DNA of 63,610 nt, the filler included, from Stramenopiles sp. TOSAG23-2 (lineage: Eukaryota), in the NCBI GenBank assembly GCA_900128395.1. It is 6 parts of 6 records of this genome, joined end to end, with 100 filler letters (N's around TTAATTAATTAA, not from the genome) between each part and the next. Parts side by side here need not be neighbours in the genome. Positions count along the whole stretch, not along the records: positions 33,347 to 44,293 come from LT649973.1; positions 44,394 to 55,330 come from LT649974.1; 4 more parts are not named here. One strand, given 5' to 3'. The notes below the pieces were generated by a model. It was not told the DNA's origin. It did not search any database and saw only the letters and a program-made list of their open reading frames with translations. Positions 34,136 through 44,866 of the stretch are shown here, in pieces (within the stretch, counting starts at the first letter, position 1; the number at the start of each line of letters is the position of its first letter). The translations under genes were made by a program, and so were the position numbers.

Positions 34136-37100
34136 ATGGATGATGATAATACCAATAGTTTAATAACATCTACCCCTGGTGGTATAACTACACCAGGTGA
34201 TGGTGTTTTATCTTCACCTCCCTTTAGTACTAGAGGCACAAATATTGACTCAGATGGATTATCGGGATATATTGGCATTTCCTTTGGCAAATCCAGAAGC
34301 GATGGGATGAATAGTGAAAGTGCCATTTACACGCCATATGATGGTGCAAGTAGCACGTATAATAATATCAACAGCGGCTATACCAATAATGTAATGGGTA
34401 GTATGAATAACAAAATTTACAATAACTATGGACAACCGAATCAACCTGATAACAATGCATCGTTGCAAAAACCTAAGAAAACGGTTGTACTACATCAAGT
34501 ATGGGGAGAGGGCACGACTAACAACAGCAATGGCAAGAATAAAAATAACGCTCAAAGACATGTTGGCACATCGCCCTCATTATTTTTACATTTACCAAGA
34601 AAAAATTCTAATAATACATTTTCAACGTCGTTACCTTCATCTAATATAAATAAACAACCATCACGTTTATTAGCAACAGCACAAGTAATATCACCTAGTG
34701 TTGAAGATTTAGATGCACGTTTGAATAGAATGAAGGAAAGAGTCTCTAGATCTTTGGCAAACAATGGACGTCGTAGTCCAGGTAAAAGAAACATGCGGCC
34801 AAATACAACGCAAACATTACATACGGATAAAAACATGATTCCAACTTCACCAAAAAATAAAAGAAATTTACGCCCATTACACCTTGTAAAAACTGATGTG
34901 GAAAATACGAAAATTAATTCATATGGTGATTTAGAATTACCAAATCAACCGGAATTACGCAAATGGATGGAAAGTTATACATATGAACAAGCACAATATA
35001 AATCATTCGCATTGCATGCGGAGATGCATTTAAAAAGATTAGTTTTATTAGGACCATTACCAAATCGCCTTGCATTAGCCGTAAGTCTTGATATATTGGG
35101 ACAATTGCCAAATGTTGTCGGTCGATACTCTGACATTGTAAATAAAATACATGATGTGTTATATCAATCATGCTATGTTCCAATTGAAATGTCATTAGAA
35201 GACATGTCATCTACAAAAGAAAGTAAGAAACCAAGTACATTGATTGAATATTTTAATCGCAAATGTTTTTTTTTAGAATATGAAAAAGCAAAGCGTCATT
35301 CAGACCAAGTACTCGAAGCAGTTAAGAAATTAGGTGTAGATGCAAGGTCAACTTTGCAATTTATGGCTCCGATTGAGATACACAAAATTGTAAAAGATGT
35401 TTTACTTGGTCTGGATTTATTTAATGATGAAGTTCGATATAAAGCATTAAATGGTTTGGGTCCAAAAGATGCTGCAAAAATGGTTTTAAATGCATTTGAA
35501 TGCTCGAAAAAGATCCACACAGCAAATCAGACCATAGGTTTGTTATTATCTATTATAAAGAAAACAAATCCTGAACAAAAAGCAGCAATTTACGAATCTT
35601 TATTTGAAGATGTAGCAGGAGATGGCATGATACGATGGTTAATTGAAGATGCAGACGAAACATTGCAAGAAGATGTTTACCGCTCTTTGACGGAAGGTTT
35701 TGTAAATAATAATAAAAATATAGATAATCGTAGCGGTGGCGGCAGAGGAAGTCAATTTATGAATACGCTGCTACGAAATGGACAAAATGCACTAAGAAGA
35801 AATAATGGTGGCAATAGTGGAATGGGAAATATGGTAAATGGGGCAATGATTTCAGTGGGTAATGGCGATATGGCTTCTAGCGTAGAAAGCTTTTTAAGTA
35901 CAGCAACGGAAGAAGATGTGGAAATATTACGTAAAATTATTATGCATGCAGATGAAGAACATGGAGTGCGATGGAAATTAATTTTGCCATGGGAAGAGGA
36001 TGAGGATGGCGTTATTTTGGATAATCAAGGCGATAAATTTGATACAAGCAAAATCGATGCAGCAAAAAGGGTACATCAAGAGATAGATACGGAGAAGAAA
36101 GCCAGAAGTGTAATTGGAATGCTTCGCACTAAAGTGCACCAAGGAAAACATCGTAAGCGCAGGAAGAAAAAATTGAAAATAACAATGGCTAAATTTAAAC
36201 TTGCAGCAAGGACGGTTATGTTAGCATCGGAAAAAGCAACCGATGAAAAGGCAAAGAAGAAAGTTATTTCTGTAGATATTTCTGCCAATTCAGCAGAAGC
36301 ATTTGATGCAGATATCCAAGTCAACAGCGCAGATATTGATGCCGCCATGCATGCATTTGAAGATAAAAGTGAAAGTTTTATCAAATTTTGTCATCGCCAG
36401 AAGAAAAAGTTGTTAAATATTTTTGAAAATTTAACTGCAGATGAACTTGCGAATAACAAACGAAGTACAATAGCTGATTGGAATAAAATTTGCCAGGAGC
36501 ATAATTTAAAAATACCGGATACAGTAGAAAAAGACATTTTAAAAACATTAGGTGCACCAGATGGGCACGGTAATATAGATATAAACCAATGGGTATCATA
36601 TTTAGATTCTATGATATCGGTTAATACGGCACACGAAGGAGATATTATGTCAAAGATGGGAATGGGTGAAAATGGCAGTCTAGTAGAGAATGATCAATCA
36701 TGGATGGTGCATTTGCTTGATATGGTTGAGTTGGCAGAAGAAAAATCAAAGAAGAAAAAGCGCTTGATGATACGAGTAAATAAGAAATCATACCCACCAT
36801 CGTTCAATTTTTCAATTTCATCTACAAGATTTAACGCGCAAGATTTTACACGTGCTGCATCGAAGAATTTAAACCATACTCTCCAAGAAATTGCTGGAAT
36901 ATATCCTGAATATTACCACACGGAAATTAACCAATCAAATAAAACTAGAGAGTCATTTTCTAGTTTTGTATATTCTCATTACCTTGCAAATTTTGGCTTG
37001 CCAAAAATTGCTGATGTGAATCTGATGGGTTTAGTTGCAGCCACGCTTGCACAACAAAGTACAAATAAACGAGTGGAAACATTTGGACAGTTTTTTCTTA

Positions 37101-38431
37101 CTAAGAAATTAGATTTCTATATTGAAGAGTATTGCCGAACAATTATTCATTTAGATCAGTTAGATAAAAAGGATCGTTGGAGTCCAAACAAAAAGAGGCA
37201 AACAAGTGCATCACGAAAAACTAGTTTTTCTACATCGAGTAGCAATAAAAAAGCACATATTTCCCATTCAAAGAAAAAGAAAGGGCATTTGCCACTTTCT
37301 GAAAATTGGGTTGTTGGCCTGTCAACAATGTTAAAAATTTGCTCAGAAACGATGCATCGTATGCCATTGAGTTTATGGGATAGTTTTGTGATACAAGTGG
37401 AAGAACTTGCAGATGAAAGTAGGAATCACCAAAAGGAGATTGGAAGCGAAAGTCCACCAAGAAAAAAATCATTGTCACCAAAAAAAGTTGGTAAAGATAG
37501 AAGTAACAGCGTCAGCAGCAGCATCACTGATGATGAAAGCCCAAGAAAAAAAGTTGATAATTCACCAAGGAAAGGATCACACCATCACCATCGTAGAATA
37601 TCTGTAATTATGAACGATCCAAAGACACGCCACATAGCAGTTGATGTCGACAAGTGTATGGAAATTATGTTGGAAACATTGCAGGAAGATCGATTGTTAA
37701 AGGTGAAACATTTAGCAAGTCTATTTTCAGCTGCTGATGTTGATGGGAATGGTGAATTATCATTTTCTGAATTTTCAACTTTGATTCATTCATTAGATCC
37801 AATAATGGATGACTCTGCAATTGTGAAAATTTATCGTGAAGCTTTGTTATTAAATGAGGATCCTAATTGTGAGATGACCACGCAGAGTTTCGTTGCCGCC
37901 GTTGAAGCGCATGGTTTGATGCATTTAGCAGTAGAAAATTCAAGTGCATTGGGAAGTGTGATGGGCGATATGAATGCGTTGAAAAAAACATGGCAGGAAA
38001 GTAAACCATTTATTGTCGGGACTTTCGAAGCGTTGCTTCGGGATTTAGATGAAGATTCTGATTTATTAGTGTACAAAGAATCTGGCGATAAATCGTTGCA
38101 AGGTATTAAAGATCGTGTTTTAGCCTTAGAAAAATTAATATTAGAAAATTCTGCACCCAAAAAAGCATGGCAATCTTATTGGATTGTCATGCGTGAATTT
38201 TGGAATGCAGCAACTGAAGGACCAGGTATACAAACTTTATATCCACTGGAATTAAGTATGGATAAACGAAGTGAGGACATTGCATTACGATTAGGGGATC
38301 ATAATACAATGGAGACAGAACCGAGTGAAAGAGTTAGAAGAAAATCTTTAGTACATTTATTAATGCCAGATACACGACGTATAACAGTAACTATGCCTAG
38401 TATGATAGGGAACTCAAAGAGTAATATATAA
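34136..38431 (+). CDS. Large EF-hand-containing protein (1431 aa) of unknown function
   Basis: Long intronless ORF; canonical EF loop ADVDGNGELSFSEF; second degenerate loop DGHGNIDINQW. Confidence 0.75.
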   Translation: MDDDNTNSLITSTPGGITTPGDGVLSSPPFSTRGTNIDSDGLSGYIGISFGKSRSDGMNSESAIYTPYDGASSTYNNINSGYTNNVMGSMNNKIYNNYGQPNQPDNNASLQKPKKTVVLHQVWGEGTTNNSNGKNKNNAQRHVGTSPSLFLHLPRKNSNNTFSTSLPSSNINKQPSRLLATAQVISPSVEDLDARLNRMKERVSRSLANNGRRSPGKRNMRPNTTQTLHTDKNMIPTSPKNKRNLRPLHLVKTDVENTKINSYGDLELPNQPELRKWMESYTYEQAQYKSFALHAEMHLKRLVLLGPLPNRLALAVSLDILGQLPNVVGRYSDIVNKIHDVLYQSCYVPIEMSLEDMSSTKESKKPSTLIEYFNRKCFFLEYEKAKRHSDQVLEAVKKLGVDARSTLQFMAPIEIHKIVKDVLLGLDLFNDEVRYKALNGLGPKDAAKMVLNAFECSKKIHTANQTIGLLLSIIKKTNPEQKAAIYESLFEDVAGDGMIRWLIEDADETLQEDVYRSLTEGFVNNNKNIDNRSGGGRGSQFMNTLLRNGQNALRRNNGGNSGMGNMVNGAMISVGNGDMASSVESFLSTATEEDVEILRKIIMHADEEHGVRWKLILPWEEDEDGVILDNQGDKFDTSKIDAAKRVHQEIDTEKKARSVIGMLRTKVHQGKHRKRRKKKLKITMAKFKLAARTVMLASEKATDEKAKKKVISVDISANSAEAFDADIQVNSADIDAAMHAFEDKSESFIKFCHRQKKKLLNIFENLTADELANNKRSTIADWNKICQEHNLKIPDTVEKDILKTLGAPDGHGNIDINQWVSYLDSMISVNTAHEGDIMSKMGMGENGSLVENDQSWMVHLLDMVELAEEKSKKKKRLMIRVNKKSYPPSFNFSISSTRFNAQDFTRAASKNLNHTLQEIAGIYPEYYHTEINQSNKTRESFSSFVYSHYLANFGLPKIADVNLMGLVAATLAQQSTNKRVETFGQFFLTKKLDFYIEEYCRTIIHLDQLDKKDRWSPNKKRQTSASRKTSFSTSSSNKKAHISHSKKKKGHLPLSENWVVGLSTMLKICSETMHRMPLSLWDSFVIQVEELADESRNHQKEIGSESPPRKKSLSPKKVGKDRSNSVSSSITDDESPRKKVDNSPRKGSHHHHRRISVIMNDPKTRHIAVDVDKCMEIMLETLQEDRLLKVKHLASLFSAADVDGNGELSFSEFSTLIHSLDPIMDDSAIVKIYREALLLNEDPNCEMTTQSFVAAVEAHGLMHLAVENSSALGSVMGDMNALKKTWQESKPFIVGTFEALLRDLDEDSDLLVYKESGDKSLQGIKDRVLALEKLILENSAPKKAWQSYWIVMREFWNAATEGPGIQTLYPLELSMDKRSEDIALRLGDHNTMETEPSERVRRKSLVHLLMPDTRRITVTMPSMIGNSKSNI

Positions 38432-38569
38432 AAAAATATAAAAAAACTACTCGTAAGAGATATGATATATACGAGATGACGTATTTTTGCAAAAACAAAT
38501 ATTACGCGAGAATAAAAATAATATATTTTTATATAAGATTATATATGTAATATATATATATAACTATTT

Positions 38570-39223
38570 TCATAACGATAATCCACCTGTTTTTAAATTT
38601 TCTTGATGATATGGTCTACTATTATTCTTATCATTATAAAGCAACGCTTCTTGTTGTTTTGATGATAATATTAAATTATTATTAGGATGATGATATTGTG
38701 TTTGTTTTACATTATTATTATTATTATTATATTGTTGCTGTTGATGATGATGATTTGCCCCGACAGTTGTTGATACAGGCAAATCATTATTATTCATTTT
38801 AATATATTGATCATGTTGTTGATAATACCCACCGTAATTATTATTTCTATTATTATTATGTACATTATTATGACTAATTCTAGGTGTCTTATCCAAGTTA
38901 TTGTCATCTGTATCACTATTATTATTACTACTATTGTAATCAATTGCTCCATAAGAAATAGAATGATCATGATGATCTCCTTCTTCCACTAAGTTTGCAC
39001 TAGAATCGTTAGACGTATTCGACCAAGTAGAATCTGTCCGATGTCGTGGGTTTGTACTGGAAGAATCGCTATCTGAATCATATCTTTCACGCATAACTGA
39101 ACGTGCCCATTGCATAAACCTAACTTGTTCCCTTTCTAATTTATATTTATGATAAAACCAATATATGACAAGACCAGTACACGTTAATATAAAAATGACG
39201 AGGAGAGAAGTACCAAAATTCAT
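38570..39223 (-). CDS. Single-pass membrane protein with Asn/His/Gln-rich tail
   Basis: ATG at 39223, N-terminal TM segment LLVIFILTCTGLVIYWFY, then low complexity. Confidence 0.65.
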   Translation of the reverse strand: MNFGTSLLVIFILTCTGLVIYWFYHKYKLEREQVRFMQWARSVMRERYDSDSDSSSTNPRHRTDSTWSNTSNDSSANLVEEGDHHDHSISYGAIDYNSSNNNSDTDDNNLDKTPRISHNNVHNNNRNNNYGGYYQQHDQYIKMNNNDLPVSTTVGANHHHQQQQYNNNNNNVKQTQYHHPNNNLILSSKQQEALLYNDKNNSRPYHQENLKTGGLSL

Positions 39224-39632
39224 GGTGGTACACACACACACACACACTTTTATTTACTTGTGAAAAAAATATCTACGTTGTTGATATTAATTTTTGTTGC
39301 TGATTGTGTTCCACATATATATACAGTATATGTTTTATATGTGTATACAAAATATACTTATATGTATTTTTCTGGCTACTATATGTATGTGGTGGCAAGT
39401 GGCAAGGTGCACAGGTGGCACTATCCAGGCTTTTGTTGCTGTGCATCGTTTGTGCGGACTTTCTGATTATGATGATGTGGCATTGTATTTTCATGTATTC
39501 GCAAAATTCCAATGATATTTCCATGGTAAATAAAATAAAAATTGTAATTGACTATATATAGTAAAAGTTTGCAAATTTTGGTAACATATATTAGCAAGCA
39601 ACAAAAATGTTGCTTACCTAAGTTTGCTCTTG

Positions 39633-39714
39633 GTCTGTTTGTCCGAGTGGTTAAGGAGGTGGACTGCTAATCCATTGTGCTCAGCACGCGTAGGTTCAAA
39701 TCCTGCAGCAGACG
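39633..39714 (+). tRNA. trnS: tRNA-Ser(GCT)
   Basis: Acceptor GTCTGTT/AGCAGAC, D-loop CCGAGTGGTTAAGG, anticodon loop CT-GCT-AA, long variable arm, GGTTCAAATCC, G discriminator. Confidence 0.96.
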
Positions 39715-39719
39715 TTAAC

Positions 39720-39725
39720 TTTTTT
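39720..39725 (+). terminator. Pol III oligo-T terminator of tRNA-Ser
   Basis: T-run 5 nt after the tRNA 3' end. Confidence 0.7.
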
Positions 39726-40416
39726 GTCTGGATGACTTCTTTTTTTGCTCTTCCATTCTTCTTTTCTTTTTCCTTCCTGCTTGTTGCACCTAGAGAGAGC
39801 AAAGGAAAAGAGAGATGGAGACGACAGAGAAGCAGAACGGTAACGGAGAACGGAGTGCGAGATACTAGTGGAGCTATCCTTTTAGTCTGTGATATTGTGT
39901 ATTTTTTAAAAGAATTACCATATCTATCTATTTGTTCCTTTACATCTCTTAAAGAAAACCTTCAAATGTATGTGCGCGCTGTATCTACACAATGAATAGT
40001 TGCAACGTCACGAATTGCTCTATACATCCATGTTTCATTACATTGTACATTGTTTCTGCATATCTATTTCAAGCCAGCAAGCTATAGTATTATCAAAAAA
40101 AGATACAACAAAGAAGAGTCGAAGATACGCCAAAGATAATTATTTGTAGGTTATTAAGGTATTCTAATTTCAGGACAGCAGGAATAATATTACTTATAGG
40201 CACATATAATAGCAAGTTGCTATTATACAAAAAAAAGATCGGATATCGGATAGCTTATCTGTATGTGTATATACTACTACAAGAAAATATATGATAATGA
40301 TGGAAAAAAAAAAAAGAAAATAATAATTGTTATTTCAATTACAATCTGTCAACTCTGGATTAGAAATGATATGGTACTGTCTAAATACCACCAACAAAAT
40401 GTATAAAAAATAGAAA

Positions 40417-41727
40417 ATGAATTGGCTACAAAATTTATCAAAACGTGATAAAGATTCAATGCTTAAATTACAAAAAATTCATGATTTTACTACAAAAGAA
40501 AATATAAAACAATTAAGACAAGATGGTTTTATAAAATTAGAAAATTGTGTTGATGAAAAATTGTGTGATGATGCTTTACGAGAAATTAACAGACGTCTTG
40601 GATTTGGTGCAAGTGCAGATTCCATGAAGGCTAAAACATTTTTAAAAGATGCTTCTATAACAAATTTATTTAATAAATCAATTATTCCAGACATAATCCA
40701 AACATTATTCGGTGAAAAAAAGAAGAAGAATTCAAAATATAAACAAGGTGCAGGACAAATTGCTTTGAGATTTCCAGGAGATTTAACACCTAATCAAACT
40801 GCAAAAGCATCTAGTGCTGTCTTTAGAAACGTTAGTATGCATTGGCATATTGATGGATGCCCAAATGAATTCATACCTGGCGTCACAGATCATTATGGCC
40901 ATATTAATAATTTTGATATGCTAGTAGGTGTCTTATTATCTGATATTTATCATCCTATGAGTGGTGAACTCTGTTGTTGGCCTGGGAGTCATCATAAACT
41001 TGCAGATTATTTTACAGAAAAAAATGGACAAAATTTAGAAAATGTATATACACACGGTAATCAAGCTTTACCAACAGGTAAAAAAACATTTGAATTATTT
41101 AAAAAAGATCCTGTACATTGTGTTGGTAAAAAAGGTGATGTTTTCTTAGCTAATTATATGACAGCACATTTCATCGCACCAAACACGTCTCCAAATATTA
41201 GATATGCTGTATATTTTCGAGTATCGAAACATGGTATACAACGAAAATTACCAAATGGAAAACATAATCCAGCTTCCATGTTGGCACCTTGGTTGTATTG
41301 GTTTGATGATGGTGATGCAACAAAACGTGACAATAAAAACAACAACAATAGCAGCAATAATAAATCAAATCTTAAGAAGCAACAACATGCAGATATACCA
41401 AATCACTTAATGCCATCTGAAGAAGAAATGCAATTGATGAAATTCTATGAACAAAATAGCAATAATGATCATACAATTCCAAAGAGTTTACAACGTAATA
41501 ATTCTTCTGGAAATCCAATCACATCAGACAGTAGTAGTGATGATAGTCGATTTGGCCAAAAATACGATAACAATAAAAAACAAGATGCTGAAACGATGAA
41601 AGTTGCCATAGTTTTGTCCATGTTGCAAGAAATGGGTATTAATGATAAAACATCAGATGATGTATTAGCTGCTTTGATGAATCATAATATGGATGAAAAT
41701 AACGCATTAGACTCTTTTTTCTCGTAG
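40417..41727 (+). CDS. PhyH-like Fe(II)/2-oxoglutarate dioxygenase with C-terminal UBA-like domain
   Basis: LRQDGFIKLE, WHIDG (HxD), WPGSHH, GDVFLANYMTAH, IRYAVYFR; tail LQEMGINDK...LAALMNHNMDENNALDSFF. Confidence 0.78.
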   Translation: MNWLQNLSKRDKDSMLKLQKIHDFTTKENIKQLRQDGFIKLENCVDEKLCDDALREINRRLGFGASADSMKAKTFLKDASITNLFNKSIIPDIIQTLFGEKKKKNSKYKQGAGQIALRFPGDLTPNQTAKASSAVFRNVSMHWHIDGCPNEFIPGVTDHYGHINNFDMLVGVLLSDIYHPMSGELCCWPGSHHKLADYFTEKNGQNLENVYTHGNQALPTGKKTFELFKKDPVHCVGKKGDVFLANYMTAHFIAPNTSPNIRYAVYFRVSKHGIQRKLPNGKHNPASMLAPWLYWFDDGDATKRDNKNNNNSSNNKSNLKKQQHADIPNHLMPSEEEMQLMKFYEQNSNNDHTIPKSLQRNNSSGNPITSDSSSDDSRFGQKYDNNKKQDAETMKVAIVLSMLQEMGINDKTSDDVLAALMNHNMDENNALDSFFS

Positions 41728-42107
41728 TATAGTGCGTATCTTATGATATGATATCATTAAGTACATATCTCTAAATACATCACATACGAGCGTAGCAAAA
41801 TGCAAAATATTACTCGTACAATTTCAATAATGTATAAATATATATATATGTGTTTTTCTCTTACTCATATGTTAATATATATATACTTCTCGTATAATTT
41901 AATTTTAAATTCGTGCCCCCCCCCCCGTAAAAATAGAGTGTATGCGAAGTGTTCAATATTTATTAAAATATTGATATATTAAATATTTTAATTAAATTAA
42001 AATGCATATCATTAACTTATTTTTTAATTTATCATACTCATGATAATTCCTACTCTCCAGAAAGAATACAATAACTGAGACAAAATATATTTTTATTTTT
42101 TTACTTT

Positions 42108-43808
42108 TTACAAATCATTCAACACAGCTCTGGAGCAATTCCTACCAGCAGCACCCATTACACCGCCACCAGGATGAGTTGAAGCACCACATAAATACAA
42201 ACCTTTAATACCAGGTACGCGATAAGAAGCACCACTTGCAACAGGTCGTGTAATAAATAGTCGATCCAATGTCATTTCCCCATGAAATATATTACCACCT
42301 GTTAATCCAAATGTTACTTCTAAATCTTTTGGAGTTAAAATATCAGGTTCACCAATAATACTTTTACTAAAATTAGGAGCGTAATCATCAATTAAACGAA
42401 AAATATGTTTTGCAAGTTTTCGTTTGCTTTCCTCATTCCATTCTCCATCTTTTGGTTGATATGGCGTATATTGGCAAAATAAATTTATAACATGATGTCC
42501 TTCAGGCGCTAAAGTATTATCTAAAACAGATGGGATTGTCATTTCAATTAATGGTGTTTTGCTCACAATGTTTTTATATTCTGCATCTTGATATGCATCA
42601 TGCAATGATTCCATCGATTCACATCCTATATGTATGGTACCTTCGTGTTCTATCCCAGCTTTGTTGTTGCTAGATGATGGCGTACATCGAAAATTTGGCA
42701 AAGCATTTGTAGCAAGATTAATTTTTGTTGTAGATGATTTATAATTAATATCAGCAATATTTTTATAAAATTCGGGAGATAAATATTTTTCACATGTTTC
42801 AATAGAAAGTAAACCATTATTAATGTTATTTTTCGTGTCATTATTATCATCGCCATTATGTGTACTAAATGTTTTAAATGGAGTAGCATTTGATATGATA
42901 ATGTCTGTTTCTATAGTTTCGCCTGATGATAATGTAATGCTTGATACACTTCCATTGTAATTTCCATTGTTATTATTGCTATTCACCACATCAATGTTAC
43001 AAACTTCTGCATCTGTAAATATTTCTACACCTAAATCTTTCGCAGCACATGCAATACTATAACTTATCATACCCATGCCACCTTTTACATATGCCCACTC
43101 ACCCATGACGTGATGTAACAATACATAACCACTTCCAGGGGTATGGGGTGAGATATGTGCACCTATCACCGCATCTGTTGCTAAGGTTGCTTTTAATGGT
43201 TCAGATTCAAACCATAAATCCAGCCATTTTGATGCTGGTGTTAATAAAAATTGTAAAAATGTACCAATTTCGCTTTTATTTCCCAGATTTTTTATATTTT
43301 TAACAAGACCAACGCCAGTTTTTATATGTTCTACTAAATCTTTTGGTTTTGTAAATGTGGGAGATGCCGGATCTGGTGGAATGCAATCTAATAAATCTTC
43401 TAAGATGACGGCAAAACGTTTTAATTGTTTTTCATATTTTGGATAGTTACTTGCATCTTTTTTTGAAAATTTTTCAATTTCTTTTACATTAAAGTTTGGA
43501 CATTGACCCATTAATAAATAATCTTCGTTGAGCATTGGTGTAAACGAACTATGTTGACGTGGAAAAAATTCAAGGCCGTATTGATCTAACTTCAATTCTT
43601 TGATTATGGTTGGTCGTAATAATCCACCTAAATATGCACCTCGTGAAAATTTATACCCAGGAATTAATTCTTCTGTAACAGACGCACCGCCCAATACTTT
43701 ACGGGATTCAAATACGGCAACTCGTTTACCTTGTTTTGCTAAATATGATGCACAAACCAAGCCATTATGACCACCTCCCACAACAATTGCTTGGAAGGAC
43801 CTTTTCAT
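42108..43808 (-). CDS. PYROXD2: PYROXD2 / phytoene-desaturase-like FAD oxidoreductase
   Basis: VGGGHNGLVCASYLA, FESEPLKATLATDA, GSGYVLLHHVMG, FGLTGGNIFHG, GASTHPGGGVMGAAGRN; start placed at ATG 43808. Confidence 0.9.
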   Translation of the reverse strand: MKRSFQAIVVGGGHNGLVCASYLAKQGKRVAVFESRKVLGGASVTEELIPGYKFSRGAYLGGLLRPTIIKELKLDQYGLEFFPRQHSSFTPMLNEDYLLMGQCPNFNVKEIEKFSKKDASNYPKYEKQLKRFAVILEDLLDCIPPDPASPTFTKPKDLVEHIKTGVGLVKNIKNLGNKSEIGTFLQFLLTPASKWLDLWFESEPLKATLATDAVIGAHISPHTPGSGYVLLHHVMGEWAYVKGGMGMISYSIACAAKDLGVEIFTDAEVCNIDVVNSNNNNGNYNGSVSSITLSSGETIETDIIISNATPFKTFSTHNGDDNNDTKNNINNGLLSIETCEKYLSPEFYKNIADINYKSSTTKINLATNALPNFRCTPSSSNNKAGIEHEGTIHIGCESMESLHDAYQDAEYKNIVSKTPLIEMTIPSVLDNTLAPEGHHVINLFCQYTPYQPKDGEWNEESKRKLAKHIFRLIDDYAPNFSKSIIGEPDILTPKDLEVTFGLTGGNIFHGEMTLDRLFITRPVASGASYRVPGIKGLYLCGASTHPGGGVMGAAGRNCSRAVLNDL

Positions 43809-44393
43809 TTTGTGAATGTTATTAATAGTTGTCAATGATTAGTATGTGTGTGTGTGTGCTGTTGTTGTTGTGTGTGTGATGATGTGTATTTTTATATGTC
43901 TATCTTTATATTATTTGTTGTATTACTTTCTTTTAGTATGTATAATTAATAGTCATCAATATCTCTGGGGCAATCATTATCATCCTTTAGACTATATATT
44001 GCCAGATTGCCATGAGAGAAAGCCAGGAGAAAGGCTCCTTGATTTATTACGAAAGAGGAACAAAAAATACTTGTTTTAAACGAGAGCATTATTCATACTA
44101 GATGAAAAGGCAAGATTTTAAATTTTTGCATCATGTAAAAAAAGTAAAAACTGCGTAATAAAACTTTATTTTTTTTTATTTTTTGAGACCCCCAGAGACC
44201 GCATTAAATATCTTTGTCGTCGTGTGGTTCTTTTTTGACAAATCGACTATCATCACTACTACTGTCTGATGTGATTGGATTTCCAGAAGAATTNNNNNNN
44301 NNNNNNNNNNNNNNNNNNNNNNNNNNNNNNNNNNNNNTTAATTAATTAANNNNNNNNNNNNNNNNNNNNNNNNNNNNNNNNNNNNNNNNNNNN

Positions 44394-44478
44394 AAATATA
44401 TGAAAAATAAAATTGGTATTTTAGAAAACGATATATATATATTTCCTATAGTGAATAGTGTTAATTTGTTAGTGCACA
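44394..44478 (+). repeat. Dispersed ~85-bp repeat, copy 2 (matches 3-90)
   Basis: Direct alignment; begins at the first base of the contig. Confidence 0.85.
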
Positions 44479-44589
44479 GTTTTGACACGGTTTAGAGGAT
44501 GTAGGATGTAGCACTGCGTACGCATTAGTAGCAGCAAATCAATACAAAATATTTTGTACTACAACAGTATACATGTATAGTTACAAATA

Positions 44590-44710
44590 GAGAAGCTTTC
44601 ACCAGCACCACAACAGGCACACAGGCACACTACTGGCCCAGCAGCACACAGCACACAGCAAGCCTGGCAAGCCCAGCAAGCTGGCAAGCCCGCTGAATGT
44701 TCTCCCTGGT
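44590..44710. promoter_or_regulatory. GpC-rich short-repeat island upstream of the kinase gene
   Basis: Iterated CAG(G)CACA and GCAAGC/CTGGCAAGCCC units in otherwise very AT-rich DNA; regulatory role inferred from position only. Confidence 0.35.
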
Positions 44711-44866
44711 ACTAATACTTACTTTTTCCACATATAGACATATATATCATCATCATAATACAGAGTCAAGACAAAATGTACATCAACAGTTTGTGTAATT
44801 ATAATACAAGATATACATATATATATGCATTCATTCTTTTCTTTTTCTTTTCATATTAGCAATTAG

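Noticed and set aside
39624..39995. 123-aa ORF and its antisense 62-aa ORF
   Set aside because: Shadow translations of tRNA-Ser and flanking low-complexity DNA.
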